DNA of 62,080 nt, the filler included, from Candidatus Rokuibacteriota bacterium (GTDB taxonomy: Bacteria > JAUVQV01 > DATDCY01), in NCBI GenBank assembly GCA_031406795.1. It is 8 parts of 8 records of this genome, joined end to end, with 100 filler letters (N's around TTAATTAATTAA, not from the genome) between each part and the next. Parts side by side here need not be neighbours in the genome. Positions count along the whole stretch, not along the records: positions 56,438 to 62,080 come from JANOHV010000119.1; 7 more parts are not named here. One strand, given 5' to 3'. The translations under genes were made by a program, and so were the position numbers. This document shows positions 61,419 to 62,080 of this stretch, one piece after another. The notes beneath the pieces were generated by a model, which saw nothing but the letters and a program-made list of their open reading frames with translations, had not been told where the DNA came from and searched no databases. Position 1 is the stretch's first letter, and each line of letters opens with the position of its first letter.

Positions 61419-62080
61419 ATGGTAAAGAAAGTGATCGGACACACACTGACCTTCGACGACGTTCTGCTGGTGCCGGCGCACTCCCGGGTGCTCCCGCGGG
61501 AAGTCAGCACGGCGGCGGCGTTCTCGCGCAACATCCGCATCAGTATTCCGATCGTCTCCGCGGCCATGGACACGGTCACCGAGGCCCGGCTGGCGATCGG
61601 GCTCGCGCAGGAGGGCGGGATCGGCATCATCCACAAGAATCTCTCCCCGAGCATGCAGGCGCTCGAAGTCGACAAGGTCAAGCGCTCGGAGAGCGGCATG
61701 ATCATCGACCCGATAACCATCACCCCGGACCGGCCGATCAGCGAGGTCCTGCAGCTGATGCGCGAGTACCGGATCTCGGGAGTTCCGGTCGTCGAAGACG
61801 CCGGGCGCCGCCTGGTCGGCATTCTCACCAACCGTGACCTGCGCTTCGAGCACGATCTCGATCGCCCGGTCTCGTTGCTGATGACCAAGGACAACCTGGT
61901 GACGGTCAGCGGCAGGGTGACGCTCGAAAAGGCCAAGGCCATCCTGCACCAGCACCGGATCGAGAAGCTGCCCGTCGTCGACAAGGACGGCAGGCTCAAG
62001 GGACTCATCACGGTCAAGGATATTCACAAGCGCCGGCAGTTCCCGGACGCGAGCAAGGATGAGCACGGCCGCCTCCGCGC
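61419..62080 (+). CDS. guaB: IMP dehydrogenase (3' truncated; absent from ORF track)
   Basis: [40 protein letters not shown] domains ([25 protein letters not shown]). Confidence 0.97.
   Translation, partial: MVKKVIGHTLTFDDVLLVPAHSRVLPREVSTAAAFSRNIRISIPIVSAAMDTVTEARLAIGLAQEGGIGIIHKNLSPSMQALEVDKVKRSESGMIIDPITITPDRPISEVLQLMREYRISGVPVVEDAGRRLVGILTNRDLRFEHDLDRPVSLLMTKDNLVTVSGRVTLEKAKAILHQHRIEKLPVVDKDGRLKGLITVKDIHKRRQFPDASKDEHGRLR

Overview
High-GC bacterial sequence made of 8 separate contigs joined by artificial 100-nt spacers (N-run + TTAATTAATTAA + N-run), so gene neighbourhoods hold only within a contig. (1) 1-14728: tuf end plus the S10-spc-alpha ribosomal superoperon, lacking rpmD and adk in place, with a 59-aa N-terminal extension on L5. 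(2) 14829-17356: MutS2 Smr end, a decayed tyrosine-recombinase fragment and an XRE-ImmA/IrrE + PIN pair with a candidate autoregulated promoter. (3) 17457-37885: pilT, murI, a tandem-domain AcpS, srkA, several MITE/REP-like hairpin elements, a PAS kinase / CheB-CheR / PAS-sigma54 activator locus followed by two sigma54 promoters and a cluster of small stress/envelope genes, TMEM175 and PFOR. (4) ftsW-murG-murC. (5) SPFH, MscS and a compact RiPP-like operon (C25 peptidase, PqqD/RRE, radical SAM-SPASM, 56-aa Cys/Ser precursor, HprK-like kinase, S26 peptidase); this is the best candidate for an undescribed system. (6) DUF58/BatA/vWA genes with a frameshift. (7) Multiheme cytochromes with mixed CxxCH/CxxxCH motifs. 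(8) NHL, TlpA, a thioredoxin-decaheme cytochrome fusion, a GAF-GAF-degenerate GGDEF protein with an intact RxxD site, and guaB. All calls are motif recognition by eye; no searches were run.
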